44,313 bases of DNA, taken from IMG/VR virus record IMGVR_UViG_2740892271_000004; one strand, written 5' to 3'. Shown one piece after another: positions 27,169 through 37,709 of the stretch; positions within the stretch are counted from its first letter, which is position 1; every line of letters begins with the position of its first letter. Source of the DNA: a virus (Duplodnaviria; Heunggongvirae; Uroviricota; Caudoviricetes). A model generated the notes under the pieces. That model did not search any database. It worked only from the letters and a program-made list of their open reading frames with translations, and had not been told where the DNA came from. A program made the translations under genes and the position numbers.

Positions 27169-28513
27169 CACGCCGGGGCGTGGCTCCTTTCGTGGCGTAC
27201 CGTTCCTGGTTTATCAGGAGCAGCGGGAACGGGGCGGACGTAACATTGTGCGCCGTGAATACCCACTGCGTGAAAGCGGCGGTGCGGATGATCTGGGGCC
27301 AAAACTCCCGGAGTTCACATTCACGGTTCTGGTGACCGGAGACGATCTTCAGACACAGCGAAGCCGCCTGCGTGATGCGCTGCGTGCACCCGGTGCCGGT
27401 GAACTGATGCACCCGGATTACGGCACGTTAAACGTGCTGATAAACAGCTTTGAAAGCCGTTATAACGCCAGCGAGCAGGGAACGGTTGAGTTCACGATCA
27501 ACGTGATCCCCGCCAGTGACGATACCGCCCCTGCGGTGGCAGAAGATACGGCAGCTGCGCTGGAGCAGAAAAGCGGCTCAGCAATGAATCAGCTGTTTAA
27601 CACGCTTTCAGACGGCTGGACGGTGATTTCAGACGGTCTGCATGATGTACAGGCCATGACCGACACCATCAGCGATAAGATTGATGCACTGGAGAATGCC
27701 GTTTCGGGGATGGGGATTGTGCAGGATATCAGTGCCTTTACGGCCAGTTTTACTGCCCTGAAAGGCAATGCCGCCGCCCTGATTAATGCGCCCCGTCGCA
27801 TGGCTGAATCGCTGGCCGGAATGTTTGCCGTGCTGACCGGGCTGCCCGGCGATCCTTCCCTGTCTCTGACCGGAAAAGCCGGAACGCCGTCCGGCAGCCT
27901 GACCACAAACCGTGACAGCATGGCAGAGCAGGCCATGCCGCAGCTGTACCGCACACTTTCCTCCCTGCGTTACACCCTCAGCGAACAGGATGATCCACAG
28001 CGCCTGATTGGCCTGACGCCTGCGGCACAGAAAAATATCCGTCTGCTGCGGAGCGTGATGCAGAGTGCAACCCTGGTGTCGCAGGCACAGACGCTCGGAA
28101 AACTGCTGGATCAGGTCATCCGGCAGAATACGACGCACGTTCAGGATACTGACCGTTCGGGCGGACTGGCCTGGCTGGAAAGTTCTGCTGATGTGCAGCG
28201 TATCAACCGGGATTTGAGCGATGCCATGGAACAACAGGTGCTGGATCTGTCCGCACAGGGCTATACCGGGACTGCCCTTGCATTACGTGATGCAGGGCTT
28301 GCGCTGACAGAAGATTTAACCACACGGAGCGTGCATCTTCCCGGTGCTTTTCAGGTCATGGTTCGCACCACCGAACCGGCACTGGTCACGCTGTACCGTG
28401 CCACCGGCAACAGCAGTCGCTGGCAGTATTTTGTCCGCAGAAACAATATCCCCGATCCGGTTTTTGTTCCGGGTGGCCGCAGCGTGGAGGTGATCAGTGA
28501 GCAGCAGGATTGA
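27155..28513 (+). CDS. Mu P (gp43)-like DNA circularisation / baseplate protein
   Basis: 452 aa, position after tape measure. Confidence 0.8.
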   Translation: MASTDTPGRGSFRGVPFLVYQEQRERGGRNIVRREYPLRESGGADDLGPKLPEFTFTVLVTGDDLQTQRSRLRDALRAPGAGELMHPDYGTLNVLINSFESRYNASEQGTVEFTINVIPASDDTAPAVAEDTAAALEQKSGSAMNQLFNTLSDGWTVISDGLHDVQAMTDTISDKIDALENAVSGMGIVQDISAFTASFTALKGNAAALINAPRRMAESLAGMFAVLTGLPGDPSLSLTGKAGTPSGSLTTNRDSMAEQAMPQLYRTLSSLRYTLSEQDDPQRLIGLTPAAQKNIRLLRSVMQSATLVSQAQTLGKLLDQVIRQNTTHVQDTDRSGGLAWLESSADVQRINRDLSDAMEQQVLDLSAQGYTGTALALRDAGLALTEDLTTRSVHLPGAFQVMVRTTEPALVTLYRATGNSSRWQYFVRRNNIPDPVFVPGGRSVEVISEQQD

Positions 28514-29621
28514 ACTGTATATCGGTGGCAGTATTTTTTCCGGCTGGCTGACGGTCAGCGTCCGTCGCTCGCTGGAGCATCTGGCCGGGTCGTTTGAACT
28601 GGGGCTGATGCTGCCCGGTGAGCGCATCCCCTCAGCCCTGCGAACCGGTCAGTCCCTGACGCTCAGAATTAACGGGCAGACGGTCATCAGTGGCTGGCTG
28701 GATCAGGTCAGTCAGCGGATCAGTGCAACCCGTCATCAGATCAGCATCAGCGGTCGGGATAAAACCGGCGACCTGGTGGACTGTGCCGCCATCCATCCCG
28801 GCAGCCAGTGGCGCAACCGGACGCTGGCACAGATTGCCGCAGATTTATGTGCGCCCTTCGGGATAGCCGTGCGCTGGCAGGTTAACGACGACACGGCTGC
28901 ACGCCCCTTCAGCTCTTTTACGCTGGAAAACTCAGAAACCGTGGCGGATGCGCTGACCCGTGCTGCCCGGCATCGCGGGGTGCTGGTGACCAGTAATGCT
29001 GACGGCGATCTGGTGTTCACCCAGGCAGGAAGCCAGCAGACGGACAGACTGGTGCTGGGAGATAACCTGCTTGATGCCGATTACAACACGGACTGGCGAG
29101 GACGATACAGCGAATACCGTGTCCGGGGACACGGGCGCGGTGGTGGCAAACGGGGAGACAGCGAATCCGCCGCCCGTCTGGCAGCACCTGTGGGCGTCAT
29201 CAGTGATGAGCAGATCGGCCGCTACCGGTCGAAAATCATCCTCGCCGATCAACAGACAGACACCACCGGTGCACGGCAGCGTGCCCTGCGTGAAATGCGC
29301 CGTGCGATTGCCCGTTCAGAACGGTTTTCTGCCACCGTGCGTGGCTGGTTCCGGGATGATGGCCGGTTATGGGATGTCAATCTGCTGACCGGTGTTTCAG
29401 CCCTGCGTTTCGGTATAGAACAGACTGAACTGCTGGTCTGTCAGGTGGAGTTTTTACTTGATGAACATAACGGGGAAGTCACCCGGCTGGTACTGGCACC
29501 GCGTGACGGCTTTATCGTTCCGGCAGAGCCGGACAGTAAGGGCCGGGGTGGTTCCGGTGACGATGTTGATGCCTTTATTCGCCAGCAGATGAAAAAACAG
29601 GGGATCAGCTTTGATGAATGA
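28497..29621 (+). CDS. Baseplate hub protein, Mu Q (gp44)-like
   Basis: 374 aa, GTG start after GGAGG. Confidence 0.8.
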   Translation: MSSRIELYIGGSIFSGWLTVSVRRSLEHLAGSFELGLMLPGERIPSALRTGQSLTLRINGQTVISGWLDQVSQRISATRHQISISGRDKTGDLVDCAAIHPGSQWRNRTLAQIAADLCAPFGIAVRWQVNDDTAARPFSSFTLENSETVADALTRAARHRGVLVTSNADGDLVFTQAGSQQTDRLVLGDNLLDADYNTDWRGRYSEYRVRGHGRGGGKRGDSESAARLAAPVGVISDEQIGRYRSKIILADQQTDTTGARQRALREMRRAIARSERFSATVRGWFRDDGRLWDVNLLTGVSALRFGIEQTELLVCQVEFLLDEHNGEVTRLVLAPRDGFIVPAEPDSKGRGGSGDDVDAFIRQQMKKQGISFDE

Positions 29622-30225
29622 TGAAGTGTTCAGCCGCCTGATTGCCCCGGTAACGCGCGGTATTCGCCTGTTGTTTGGCCGGGGCGTTCTGACCGGCACA
29701 CATGACGAACTGAAAATGCAGAATGTGCAGCTCACCGGCATGGACGGCGAAACCTTTGATGATGTGGAGCGTCCCCAGCAGTACGGGCAGATCAGCGTTC
29801 CCCTGCCGGGTGCGGAAACCTTTTTTGCCTGTCTGGGCGGACAGCGGGATCAGACTGTGGTGCTTGTGGTGGAAGACCGGCGCAGCCGCCCGACCGGACT
29901 CACAGCCGGAGATACGGGGGTGTATCACCATGAGGGGCACCGGATACGGTTAACAAAGGATGGTCGCATTATTGTGACATGCAAAATGCTGGAGATTTAC
30001 GCCGATGAGGGGATGCGGGTGGATACGCCGGAGGCCACCTTTACGGGCAATGTGACGGTGGATAAAAACCTGCATGTTAAGGGTAATTTCGTGCTTGATG
30101 GTACAGGTAAATCAGACGGGCTGTTCACGATGTCTGATGCCGTTATTGCCGGGATCACCTATTCCGGCCATGTGCATCAGGATAACGGCAAAGGCAGTAA
30201 GACAGGAGCGCCGGAGAATGGCTGA
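29611..30225 (+). CDS. Baseplate spike protein, Mu V (gp45)-like
   Basis: 204 aa. Confidence 0.8.
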   Translation: MMNDEVFSRLIAPVTRGIRLLFGRGVLTGTHDELKMQNVQLTGMDGETFDDVERPQQYGQISVPLPGAETFFACLGGQRDQTVVLVVEDRRSRPTGLTAGDTGVYHHEGHRIRLTKDGRIIVTCKMLEIYADEGMRVDTPEATFTGNVTVDKNLHVKGNFVLDGTGKSDGLFTMSDAVIAGITYSGHVHQDNGKGSKTGAPENG

Positions 30226-30655
30226 TATTGCAATTGTATGGGATCAGGGGTGCGGTTCGCTGCAACTGAACGGTGCCGACTTGCTGACGGATGACAGTCT
30301 GCTGACGGCCGTTCTGATTTCGCTGTTTACTGACCGCCGGGCGCTGGCATCGGATGAAATCCCTGACGGTACGCGCGACCGCCGGGGATGGTGGGGAGAC
30401 AGTTTTCGCCCGCGCCCCATTGGCTCCCGTCTGTGGCTTCTCAGCCGGGAAAAAACGCTGGCCTCGGTGATAAGCCGTGCCCGTGCTTACGCGGATGAGG
30501 CGCTGGGCTGGCTCAGTCAGGATGGCGTGGCGTCATCCGTGGTCTGTCATGCAGAACGTGTGGGACACGCGCGGCTGGCGCTTTCGGTGCGCATAACCCT
30601 GCCTGATGGTTCAGTGAGGCCCATGATTTTTTATGCTGATCTTAAGGGGGAGTAA
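30218..30655 (+). CDS. Baseplate protein, Mu W (gp46)-like
   Basis: 146 aa from ATG 30218 (MADIAIVWDQG...), SD GGAG upstream. Confidence 0.75.
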   Translation: MADIAIVWDQGCGSLQLNGADLLTDDSLLTAVLISLFTDRRALASDEIPDGTRDRRGWWGDSFRPRPIGSRLWLLSREKTLASVISRARAYADEALGWLSQDGVASSVVCHAERVGHARLALSVRITLPDGSVRPMIFYADLKGE

Positions 30656-31737
30656 TGCCTTATCAGCCTTTACCGCTGGCACAGTTAATCACGCAGACAC
30701 AGCAGGATATCAGCCAGCGCCTGCCCGGCTCGCAGCCGGGTGTGAATGAAACCACCCTGAATGCCATTGCTTACGCTCAGGCAGGGTTATCTGCTCAGGA
30801 GCATGAGCATCTGGCCTGGATTGCGCGTCAGATCATCCCGACCGAAGCCGATGAAGCCGAACTGCTGAAACACTGTGCATTCTGGGGCGTCATGCGTAAG
30901 CCTGCCTCTCGGGGGGACGGGCCGGTTCAGCTGATGCTGACCACGGATGCGGGGATCAAGGAAGGTGTGCTTCTCCAGCGAAGTGATGGCGTGGTTTACC
31001 GTATCACCACCTCCCTGACCGGTAAGGCCGGTACGCTGAATGTCAGTGTGGAAGCCGAAAGTGCCGGTCGTGCGGGGAATGCCCCGGCAGGGACAAAACT
31101 GACATTTATCACACCGCAGGCGGGGATCAACCAGACGGCCACGGTGACCGGAACGGGGATCACCGGTGGTGCGGATGTGGAAACCGTGCCGGAGCTGCTT
31201 TCCCGTCTGGTTTTCCGGGTGCAGAATCCACCGTCCGGCGGCACGCAGTATGATTTTGAACGCTGGGCGCGTGAAGTGCCGGGCGTGACGCGGGCATGGT
31301 GCCGCCCGGAATGGCCGCAGGCGGGCAGCGTGGGGGTAACGTTTGTTCAGGATAATAACCCGGATATTTTCCCCGGTGACGGTGATGTTCAGCGGGTGGC
31401 GGATTATATCCGCAGTCATGATGATCCGGCGACCGGCCAGCCTGTCGGACAGCCTCTGGGGCCGACGGTGACCGTGTTTAAACTGACCAATAAGCCGGTG
31501 CCCTTCAGCATCAGGATCATCCCGAAAACACCGGAGAATCAGGCGGCCGTAAAACAGGCGCTGACCGACCTGTTGTATAACGAATCCCGGCCCGGCGGTC
31601 TGGTTCTGCCGTCGTCTTTCTGGCGGGCGGTGGCAGGGGTGAAAAATCTGGAGGATTTTGAAGTGCGCAGTCCGCTGACGTCAGTTCAGGCGGGAGACAG
31701 TGAGCTGCTGACGGTAGGAGAAATCACATGGCTGTAA
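30655..31737 (+). CDS. Baseplate J-like protein, Mu gp47-like
   Basis: 360 aa. Confidence 0.8.
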   Translation: MPYQPLPLAQLITQTQQDISQRLPGSQPGVNETTLNAIAYAQAGLSAQEHEHLAWIARQIIPTEADEAELLKHCAFWGVMRKPASRGDGPVQLMLTTDAGIKEGVLLQRSDGVVYRITTSLTGKAGTLNVSVEAESAGRAGNAPAGTKLTFITPQAGINQTATVTGTGITGGADVETVPELLSRLVFRVQNPPSGGTQYDFERWAREVPGVTRAWCRPEWPQAGSVGVTFVQDNNPDIFPGDGDVQRVADYIRSHDDPATGQPVGQPLGPTVTVFKLTNKPVPFSIRIIPKTPENQAAVKQALTDLLYNESRPGGLVLPSSFWRAVAGVKNLEDFEVRSPLTSVQAGDSELLTVGEITWL

Positions 31738-32288
31738 CCCTGACCCCGCATCAGCGCGCCCTGTTGCAGTTACTGCCTGACGGGCTGGCATGGGACAAGC
31801 GTCCGTCATCCGTACTGGCATCATTATGTCTGGGCCTCAGTCATTCGACAGCGCGTGTATCCTGGACGGGTAAACAGCTGCTTGCCGAGCGTTTCCCTGA
31901 CACGTCGCGCCTGCTGCTGGAAGACTGGGAGCGTTATCTCGGGCTTCCCGAGTGTGATATGGCCGGAGCCACCCTCACGGAGCGACAGCGTTATGCCGGA
32001 AATAAATACCGGATGAAGCCCTCGCTGAACCGTGAATTTTATATCCGGTTTGCGGCGGAGTTTGGTTATCAGATTGACATTCAGCCCTCACCGGATTCGC
32101 AGTGGGTCAGTATTGTCACGATTAACAGTGAAACCGGCTACCGGAATATGAATGTGCTGGATGATATTCTCACGCCGCTGCGTATTTATGAAGGCGGTGC
32201 GCTGGAATGTATTCTGAACCGTTATAAGCCTGCATGGCAGACGTTTATTTACGTTTATGCAAACAGCCATGAAGAGGAGACTATTTAA
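31728..32288 (+). CDS. Tail protein, Mu gp48-like (DUF2313)
   Basis: 186 aa, directly before the tail fibre gene. Confidence 0.7.
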   Translation: MAVTLTPHQRALLQLLPDGLAWDKRPSSVLASLCLGLSHSTARVSWTGKQLLAERFPDTSRLLLEDWERYLGLPECDMAGATLTERQRYAGNKYRMKPSLNREFYIRFAAEFGYQIDIQPSPDSQWVSIVTINSETGYRNMNVLDDILTPLRIYEGGALECILNRYKPAWQTFIYVYANSHEEETI

Positions 32289-33178
32289 TGTTTCATGTTG
32301 ATAATAATTCCGGCGTGGCGAATATGCCTGCGCTGGCACCGGCGCAGAGTAATACCACCACCTGGTTTACCGAAGGTGACGGACAAAAAGGTATCAGCTG
32401 GATTGGTCAGGACTGGCTGAATATTCTCCAGGCCGAACTGCTGAATATTCTGGCTGAAGCCAGTATTCAGCCGGATAAGGCGCAGTTAAACCAGCTTACG
32501 CTGTCCATTAAAGCCATTATCGCTGCGAATGCCTTTTCCCGGAAAAATAACCTGAAAGAAATTGCTGATGCCGGTGCGGAGGCCCAGCGTCTGGCCCGTG
32601 GTTATCTTGGTCTGGGGACGCTTGCCACAAAAAACAGTCTTGGTCCCGCTGACGTTAATGCCCTGGCGAAGGATCAGAATCTCGCCGACCTGGAGAATAA
32701 GGGAACCGCCCGTAATAATCTGGATGTTTACAGCAAAAGCGAAGGTGATAACCGTTACCTGCGCAGGGAGCAGAACGGCGCAGACATTCCGGATAAAGGG
32801 GCTTTTATCGATAACGTCGGTTTACGGGAAACGGTAAACAGGGCGGCGAATGCTCTGCCATCGGACGGCACCGCCGTTGCCGCGAATAGACTCGCCACCC
32901 CAAGAAATATTAATGGGGTTCCCTTTGACGGGACGCAGGACATAAACATCACTTCTGGTATAACACAGCAGGATGCGGATTCCCGATATATCCAGGATAT
33001 CAGGCTGGGAGCAGAGAACAGGCAGGTAATGTACGGTGGGGCATATTACTCTGCGTACGGTAATGTTATGGCAGGCCTGCAGATTGACAGTAAAGTTGAT
33101 GCTTCAAACGATTTTATAGCATTCAGACCCCTGCAAAAATTAGTCGGAGGTACATGGATTACGGTATCTCAGTTATAA
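32288..33178 (+). CDS. S: Tail fibre protein S (constant N-terminal part + currently joined variable C-terminal part)
   Basis: 296 aa; gix crossover site lies inside the gene at 32805-32830. Confidence 0.85.
   Translation: MFHVDNNSGVANMPALAPAQSNTTTWFTEGDGQKGISWIGQDWLNILQAELLNILAEASIQPDKAQLNQLTLSIKAIIAANAFSRKNNLKEIADAGAEAQRLARGYLGLGTLATKNSLGPADVNALAKDQNLADLENKGTARNNLDVYSKSEGDNRYLRREQNGADIPDKGAFIDNVGLRETVNRAANALPSDGTAVAANRLATPRNINGVPFDGTQDINITSGITQQDADSRYIQDIRLGAENRQVMYGGAYYSAYGNVMAGLQIDSKVDASNDFIAFRPLQKLVGGTWITVSQL
32805..32830 (+). promoter_or_regulatory. gix-like recombination site (left) for Gin invertase
   Basis: TTATCGATAACGTCGGTTTACGGGAA is close to recalled Mu gix (TTATCCAAAACCTCGGTTTACAGGAA); lies in about 120-bp inverted repeat 32818-32940 / 34012-34134. 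Confidence 0.75.
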
Positions 33179-33229
33179 ATAGTCAGTAAATAATATATTT
33201 TAAAACAGATTTATTTCCAGGAGGATTTT

Positions 33230-33751
33230 ATGGAACTAAAAAATATAACCCGTTATTATCCTGAAAATATGCCATATGGTAATAATGTTCAGTATTTCCA
33301 GAGTGAAGATGGTAAGGATTTCTACGAATCCCTGCCATTATTCACCAAAAAATATAAACTTTGCATAACACCTGACAGCGGCGTTATCTGCTCAATATCA
33401 CAGGACGCCTCGGCGCTGTATCCTGCGGGGTTTTCTGTGGTTGAGGTCGATGAACTCCCTGAAGGCACGGATATTTCAGGAAACTGGAAGTTTGATAATG
33501 GCATAATCTCCCGTATTCCGGTTAACTACGCAAGAAAACTGGAAGCAATGCGCCAGTCATATCTTAATCAGGCATATGAAAAAATTAATGACTGGAGAAC
33601 GGAGCTACAACTGGGCACCATCAGCGATGAAGACAGAGCAGCACTTACCCAATGGATGGCATACATCAGTCAGGTGAAGAAAATGGAACTACCCGCCATT
33701 AAAACAGAAGCTGAATTTAACGCCATTAAATGGCCTGAGCAGCCACAGTAA
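33230..33751 (+). CDS. U: Tail fibre assembly protein U
   Basis: 173 aa, AT-rich, follows S. Confidence 0.8.
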   Translation: MELKNITRYYPENMPYGNNVQYFQSEDGKDFYESLPLFTKKYKLCITPDSGVICSISQDASALYPAGFSVVEVDELPEGTDISGNWKFDNGIISRIPVNYARKLEAMRQSYLNQAYEKINDWRTELQLGTISDEDRAALTQWMAYISQVKKMELPAIKTEAEFNAIKWPEQPQ

Positions 33752-33755
33752 TAAA

Positions 33756-33775
33756 GAAGGCCGGAAGGCCTTCTG
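33756..33775. terminator. Hairpin between convergent U and S' segment
   Basis: AGAAGGCC-GGAA-GGCCTTCT perfect 8-bp stem. Confidence 0.45.
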
Positions 33776-33782
33776 AATATCA

Positions 33783-34121
33783 TTATATACTTGCAGCCGT
33801 CACCCATGCTCCATTTAACAGATACTGCAACGGCCGGTAATACACGCCGCCGACGTTATCTGCCGTATTCTTACCGACATCCTGTACTTTAATTCCGGTA
33901 AGAACATTGCCGCCCCCCAGATTCAGATCCCAGCTTTCCCATGTTCCGGGCATATGTGCGGTCACCGACCCCAGTCTTATGGCGGTTACTGTTCCTGATG
34001 AGATAGTGATATCCTGCGTCCCGTCAAAGGGAACACCATTAATTGTGTGGGCATTTGCCAGCCTGTTCGCGGCAACGGCGGTGCCGTCCGATGGCAGGGC
34101 ATTCGCCGCCCTGTTTACCGT
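33783..34121 (-). CDS. Alternative tail fibre C-terminal segment S'v (no own start; would be fused to S after inversion)
   Basis: Minus-strand frame open from the right gix site to stop at 33780-33782; C-terminus YYRPLQYLLNGAWVTAASI parallels S C-terminus [18 protein letters not shown]. Confidence 0.65.
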   Translation of the reverse strand, partial: TVNRAANALPSDGTAVAANRLANAHTINGVPFDGTQDITISSGTVTAIRLGSVTAHMPGTWESWDLNLGGGNVLTGIKVQDVGKNTADNVGGVYYRPLQYLLNGAWVTAASI

Positions 34122-34147
34122 TTCCCGTAAACCGAGGTTTTCAGGAA
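34122..34147 (+). promoter_or_regulatory. gix-like recombination site (right)
   Basis: TTCCCGTAAACCGAGGTTTTCAGGAA versus recalled Mu gix TTCCTGTAAACCGAGGTTTTGGATAA. Confidence 0.75.
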
Positions 34148-34212
34148 AGCCAGGATTAACTCTGTTTTATTCCTCATGCGACAATTCCGGCTTTTTATAA
34201 TAAGGAAATCGT

Positions 34213-34785
34213 ATGCTGATTGGGTATATCAGGGTGTCAACAAATGACCAGAATACGGCGCTACAAAGAAATGCGCTGGAATGTGCAGGATGTGAGCTGT
34301 TTTTCGAAGACAGAATAAGCGGTAAGACAAGGGAGCGTCCCGGACTTAAACGCGCATTAAAGCGACTCCGGCCAGGGGATACCCTGCTGGTCTGGAAACT
34401 GGATCGCCTTGGACGCAGTATGCAGCACCTTGTCCTTTTAACAGAAGAACTCCGGCAACGCGGCGTTAACTTCCGCAGCATTACGGACAATATTGATACA
34501 TCCACTCCCATGGGACGTTTCTTTTTCCATATAATGGGCGCGCTGGCGGAAATGGAGCGGGAACTCATTATTGAACGTACACGCGCGGGTCTTGCTGCTG
34601 CCCGTGCTCAGGGGCGTCATGGCGGCAGACCTCAGAAACTGACAGAGAAAGAGCGGGAGCAAATCGCCCGTTTGCTGGCTAATGGCGAGTCCCGTAAACA
34701 AATCGCACTGATATTTGATATTGGCCTTTCCACCCTTTATCGTTATTTTCCTGCCTCACCAGCTCCGTCACCAAAAGTACCGTGA
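34213..34785 (+). CDS. gin: Gin/Pin/Hin-family serine DNA invertase
   Basis: 190 aa; MLIGYIRVSTNDQNTALQRNAL...WKLDRLGRSMQHL...FFFHIMGALAEMERELIIERT near-identical in pattern to Gin/Pin; C-terminal HTH. Confidence 0.95.
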   Translation: MLIGYIRVSTNDQNTALQRNALECAGCELFFEDRISGKTRERPGLKRALKRLRPGDTLLVWKLDRLGRSMQHLVLLTEELRQRGVNFRSITDNIDTSTPMGRFFFHIMGALAEMERELIIERTRAGLAAARAQGRHGGRPQKLTEKEREQIARLLANGESRKQIALIFDIGLSTLYRYFPASPAPSPKVP

Positions 34786-34870
34786 CGCTTTTTTGAATTT
34801 CCGCAAAACACATATTTTTCAGCGGTCGCTATTCTGACTCTGTTTAATTCAGAAACAGGCAGAAAAGACG

Positions 34871-36925
34871 ATGTCAGACTCCAAGTGGAAAATGCTCTCC
34901 GCCATGCCCGGAGAGTTTTCAGTCAAGGTTGCCGGTGGCACGGTGGCATTTATTGAAAGCCCTTTCCGCCCTTCGGGTAATAAAGGGGGGATCACCTTCG
35001 CAGACTGCGTGATCCGCTTCAGCACGAAAGAGCCATTATGGGTAATGCCGGTATCCGGTAATCCCAGTGCAGAAATCACCAGTTCAGGCGTGACTGGCAT
35101 CATTCCAATCACATCTGACGTGGCCGGAACGCTCACGCCCTCCGACTGGAATGCACCGGATAACGCCGGGCCTTCCGGTAGCACGAATGGCAGCAGTTCA
35201 GAGCCGGAATATTACTTTGTTGTCATTCTCGCGGGTCAGTCAAATGGCATGGCCTACGGCGAGGGGCTGCCGTTACCGGATTCGTTTGACCGCCCGGACC
35301 CACGCATTAAGCAACTGGCACGCCGCAGTACGGTAACGCCCAACGGTACGTCGTGTACATACAACGACATCATTCCGGCAGACCACTGCCTGCATGATGT
35401 TCAGGATATGAGCGGGATAAACCACCCGAAAGCTGATCTGGCAAAAGGCCAGTACGGGACTGTCGGTCAGGGGTTGCATATTGCCAAAAAACTGCTTCCC
35501 TATATCCCACAGAATGCCGGGATACTTCTGGTGCCCTGTTGTCGTGGCGGGTCAGCATTCACCACTGGAGCCGACGGCTCATTCAGTGAGGCCAGCGGTG
35601 CTTCCGCTGATTCTTCACGCTGGGGGGCCGGTAAACCTCTGTATCAGGACCTGGTAAGCCGCACCAAAGTCGCGCTGGCGAAAAACCCGAAAAACAAACT
35701 TCTGGCTGTGGTCTGGATGCAGGGAGAGGCAGACCTTGCCTCAGGAAGCCAGCAGCATAATAGTTTATTCACGGCCATGGTTCAGCAGTTCAGAACTGAC
35801 CTGGCTCCGCTTGCTGCGCAGTGCGTGAGTGGAAATGCCACCACGGTGCCGTGGATTTGCGGTGATACCACGTATTACTGGAAAAACGCTGGCACCGATA
35901 AATATGAGGCAGTATACGGTGGCTACAAAGGCAAGGAAGCACAGAAAATTTTCTTTGTACCGTTCCTGACGGATGAGAATGGACAGAGCACGCCAACGAA
36001 TGCTCCGGCGGAAGACCCGGATATTGTGGCTGTCGGGTATTACGGTGCAGCATCCCGAACCCAGGGCAGTTTTGTTTCGACACAGCGTGACAGCCATTTC
36101 AGCTCATGGGCACGCAGGGGCGTCATTTCAGACCGTCTGGCCTCAGCTATTATGCTCCATGCAGGGCGCACGGCTGAACTGATGCGTGGGCAGACCGTGA
36201 CACCACCGGATGAGAAGCCGTCACCTGATACACCATCAAAACCGTCCACGCCACCCGCAGACACCACGACGATGAGTACGCTATTTGCTTACCGGGCATC
36301 TGAGTCTGAAGGACGGTTGACACCACAGGGTTGGGCTGCCGGAGGTGGCAAGGCTCAAATCGTGGATGATGCCGGAGCCAGCGGGGGTAAGGCAATGAAA
36401 CTGACCAAGGAAACAGGAAGAGCCCCCTGGTACCTTGAGCATGATGCTGGTAATGGTGCGGACCTGCTGGGTAAAGGTGGTCTTGTCAGTTGTCGTTTTA
36501 AACTCGATGGCGCGCTTACGGCTAATCAGTACGCACTGGCGCTGTACTGGCCGGTTTCTGCCCTGCCGCAAGGGGTTACTCTGGAAGGAAATGCCGGTCA
36601 TAACCTGCTGGCATCGTTCTACGTACAGAGCGATGCCACAGACCTTAACGTGATGTATCACAAAGGAAACACGGCGCAGAACACGAAGCTGGGGTCATTC
36701 GGCGCATTTAATAACGAATGGCATACGCTGGGCTTCCGTTTTGCCGGTAACAACAGTATTGAGGTGACGCCGGTCATTGATGGTAAGGACGGGACACCAT
36801 TCATGCTGTCGCAGTCTCCGGTCGGCACGTTTACGGCAGACAAGTTGCGCGTGACCGATATCACTAAAAATGCGACTTACCCGGTACTGATTGACAGTAT
36901 CGTGGTGGAAGTGAATAACGCGTAA
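34871..36925 (+). CDS. SASA/SGNH-family carbohydrate O-acetylesterase (NanS-like) with C-terminal putative carbohydrate-binding domain; prophage cargo gene
   Basis: 684 aa; GQSNGMAYGEG (GQSN catalytic-serine motif) and VVWMQGEADL motif; lies between gin and com, where Mu has no gene. Confidence 0.7.
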   Translation: MSDSKWKMLSAMPGEFSVKVAGGTVAFIESPFRPSGNKGGITFADCVIRFSTKEPLWVMPVSGNPSAEITSSGVTGIIPITSDVAGTLTPSDWNAPDNAGPSGSTNGSSSEPEYYFVVILAGQSNGMAYGEGLPLPDSFDRPDPRIKQLARRSTVTPNGTSCTYNDIIPADHCLHDVQDMSGINHPKADLAKGQYGTVGQGLHIAKKLLPYIPQNAGILLVPCCRGGSAFTTGADGSFSEASGASADSSRWGAGKPLYQDLVSRTKVALAKNPKNKLLAVVWMQGEADLASGSQQHNSLFTAMVQQFRTDLAPLAAQCVSGNATTVPWICGDTTYYWKNAGTDKYEAVYGGYKGKEAQKIFFVPFLTDENGQSTPTNAPAEDPDIVAVGYYGAASRTQGSFVSTQRDSHFSSWARRGVISDRLASAIMLHAGRTAELMRGQTVTPPDEKPSPDTPSKPSTPPADTTTMSTLFAYRASESEGRLTPQGWAAGGGKAQIVDDAGASGGKAMKLTKETGRAPWYLEHDAGNGADLLGKGGLVSCRFKLDGALTANQYALALYWPVSALPQGVTLEGNAGHNLLASFYVQSDATDLNVMYHKGNTAQNTKLGSFGAFNNEWHTLGFRFAGNNSIEVTPVIDGKDGTPFMLSQSPVGTFTADKLRVTDITKNATYPVLIDSIVVEVNNA

Positions 36926-37070
36926 GCAGGATAAAAAAATGCCGCCGGTAAGGGAAAACAAGAAACCGGCGGCAAAAAGATCGTTATATCCAAAGCAAAA
37001 AATGCAGTGCACCTTTTTACCTAACAGATATTACCGGTGTCAACACCATGTCAATAATTGGGAGGGATAA

Positions 37071-37252
37071 TGACATTTTTACAGCTTATTTTATTGTATT
37101 TCTGCACGGCAGTATGTGCGTTATATCTGGTGAGTGGTGGTTATAAGGCCATCAGAAATTATGTTCGCCGCAAAATTGAGGACGCAGCAGCTGAAAAACT
37201 CAGTAAAACAGCGCAGGTAACTCCGCTCCCAAAAGACCCGACCCAGCCCTGA
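37071..37252 (+). CDS. Small membrane protein (one N-terminal TM helix)
   Basis: 60 aa MTFLQLILLYFCTAVCALYLVSGGYKAIRNY...; SD GGGAGGG before ATG 37071. Confidence 0.45.
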
Positions 37253-37287
37253 TTGCAGGGCTTTATTCCCGCATAAGGAGGATATAC

Positions 37288-37542
37288 ATGCCAGAAATTA
37301 AAGGCACCGTCACTGAAGACCTGGTAAAACAGGCACTGTATTCCGGTGAAGTAAATAAGTTGCTGAAAGCGCAGGTCCGCAAGGATTTTGAGGCACAAAT
37401 CGACACTTACGTTGATGAAGTGCTGGCAAAACTTATTGGGCCAGCAGTTGCGGCCAGTGATGCTGATAATGAGCCGAAAACCGACGCGCAGCCAGAGCAA
37501 CCAGACCCGGCTCAGCCCGGAACTGACAGTACCATGATGTAA
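37288..37542 (+). CDS. Hypothetical small acidic protein
   Basis: 84 aa; SD AAGGAGG before ATG 37288. Confidence 0.5.
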   Translation: MPEIKGTVTEDLVKQALYSGEVNKLLKAQVRKDFEAQIDTYVDEVLAKLIGPAVAASDADNEPKTDAQPEQPDPAQPGTDSTMM

Positions 37543-37709
37543 CAATACAAACCGGTGGTGTCCTCTGCCGGTTTGACACTAATGAAAACATCTTTGCCGC
37601 TATCCAGCCATATGTAATCGCTGGATAGTATTTCGTATTCAGAAATATAGCTGCTTATGGAGCAGTCAATCCTGCTTCCCCATCCGGGCAGGCAAATGAA
37701 CCGGTATCA

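Larger units (their letters stand above)
32805..34147. mobile_element. Invertible tail-fibre host-range segment (Mu G-segment analogue), about 1.34 kb
   Basis: Bounded by inverted gix-like sites; contains Sv end, one tfa gene (U) and an oppositely oriented alternative S C-terminal segment; gin is adjacent. Confidence 0.8.

Noticed and set aside
26615-27412. 265-aa minus-strand ORF (and overlapping 26487-27171 ORFs) inside the tape-measure gene
   Set aside because: Antisense to the tape measure gene, Pro/Arg-rich low-complexity translation, no start context.
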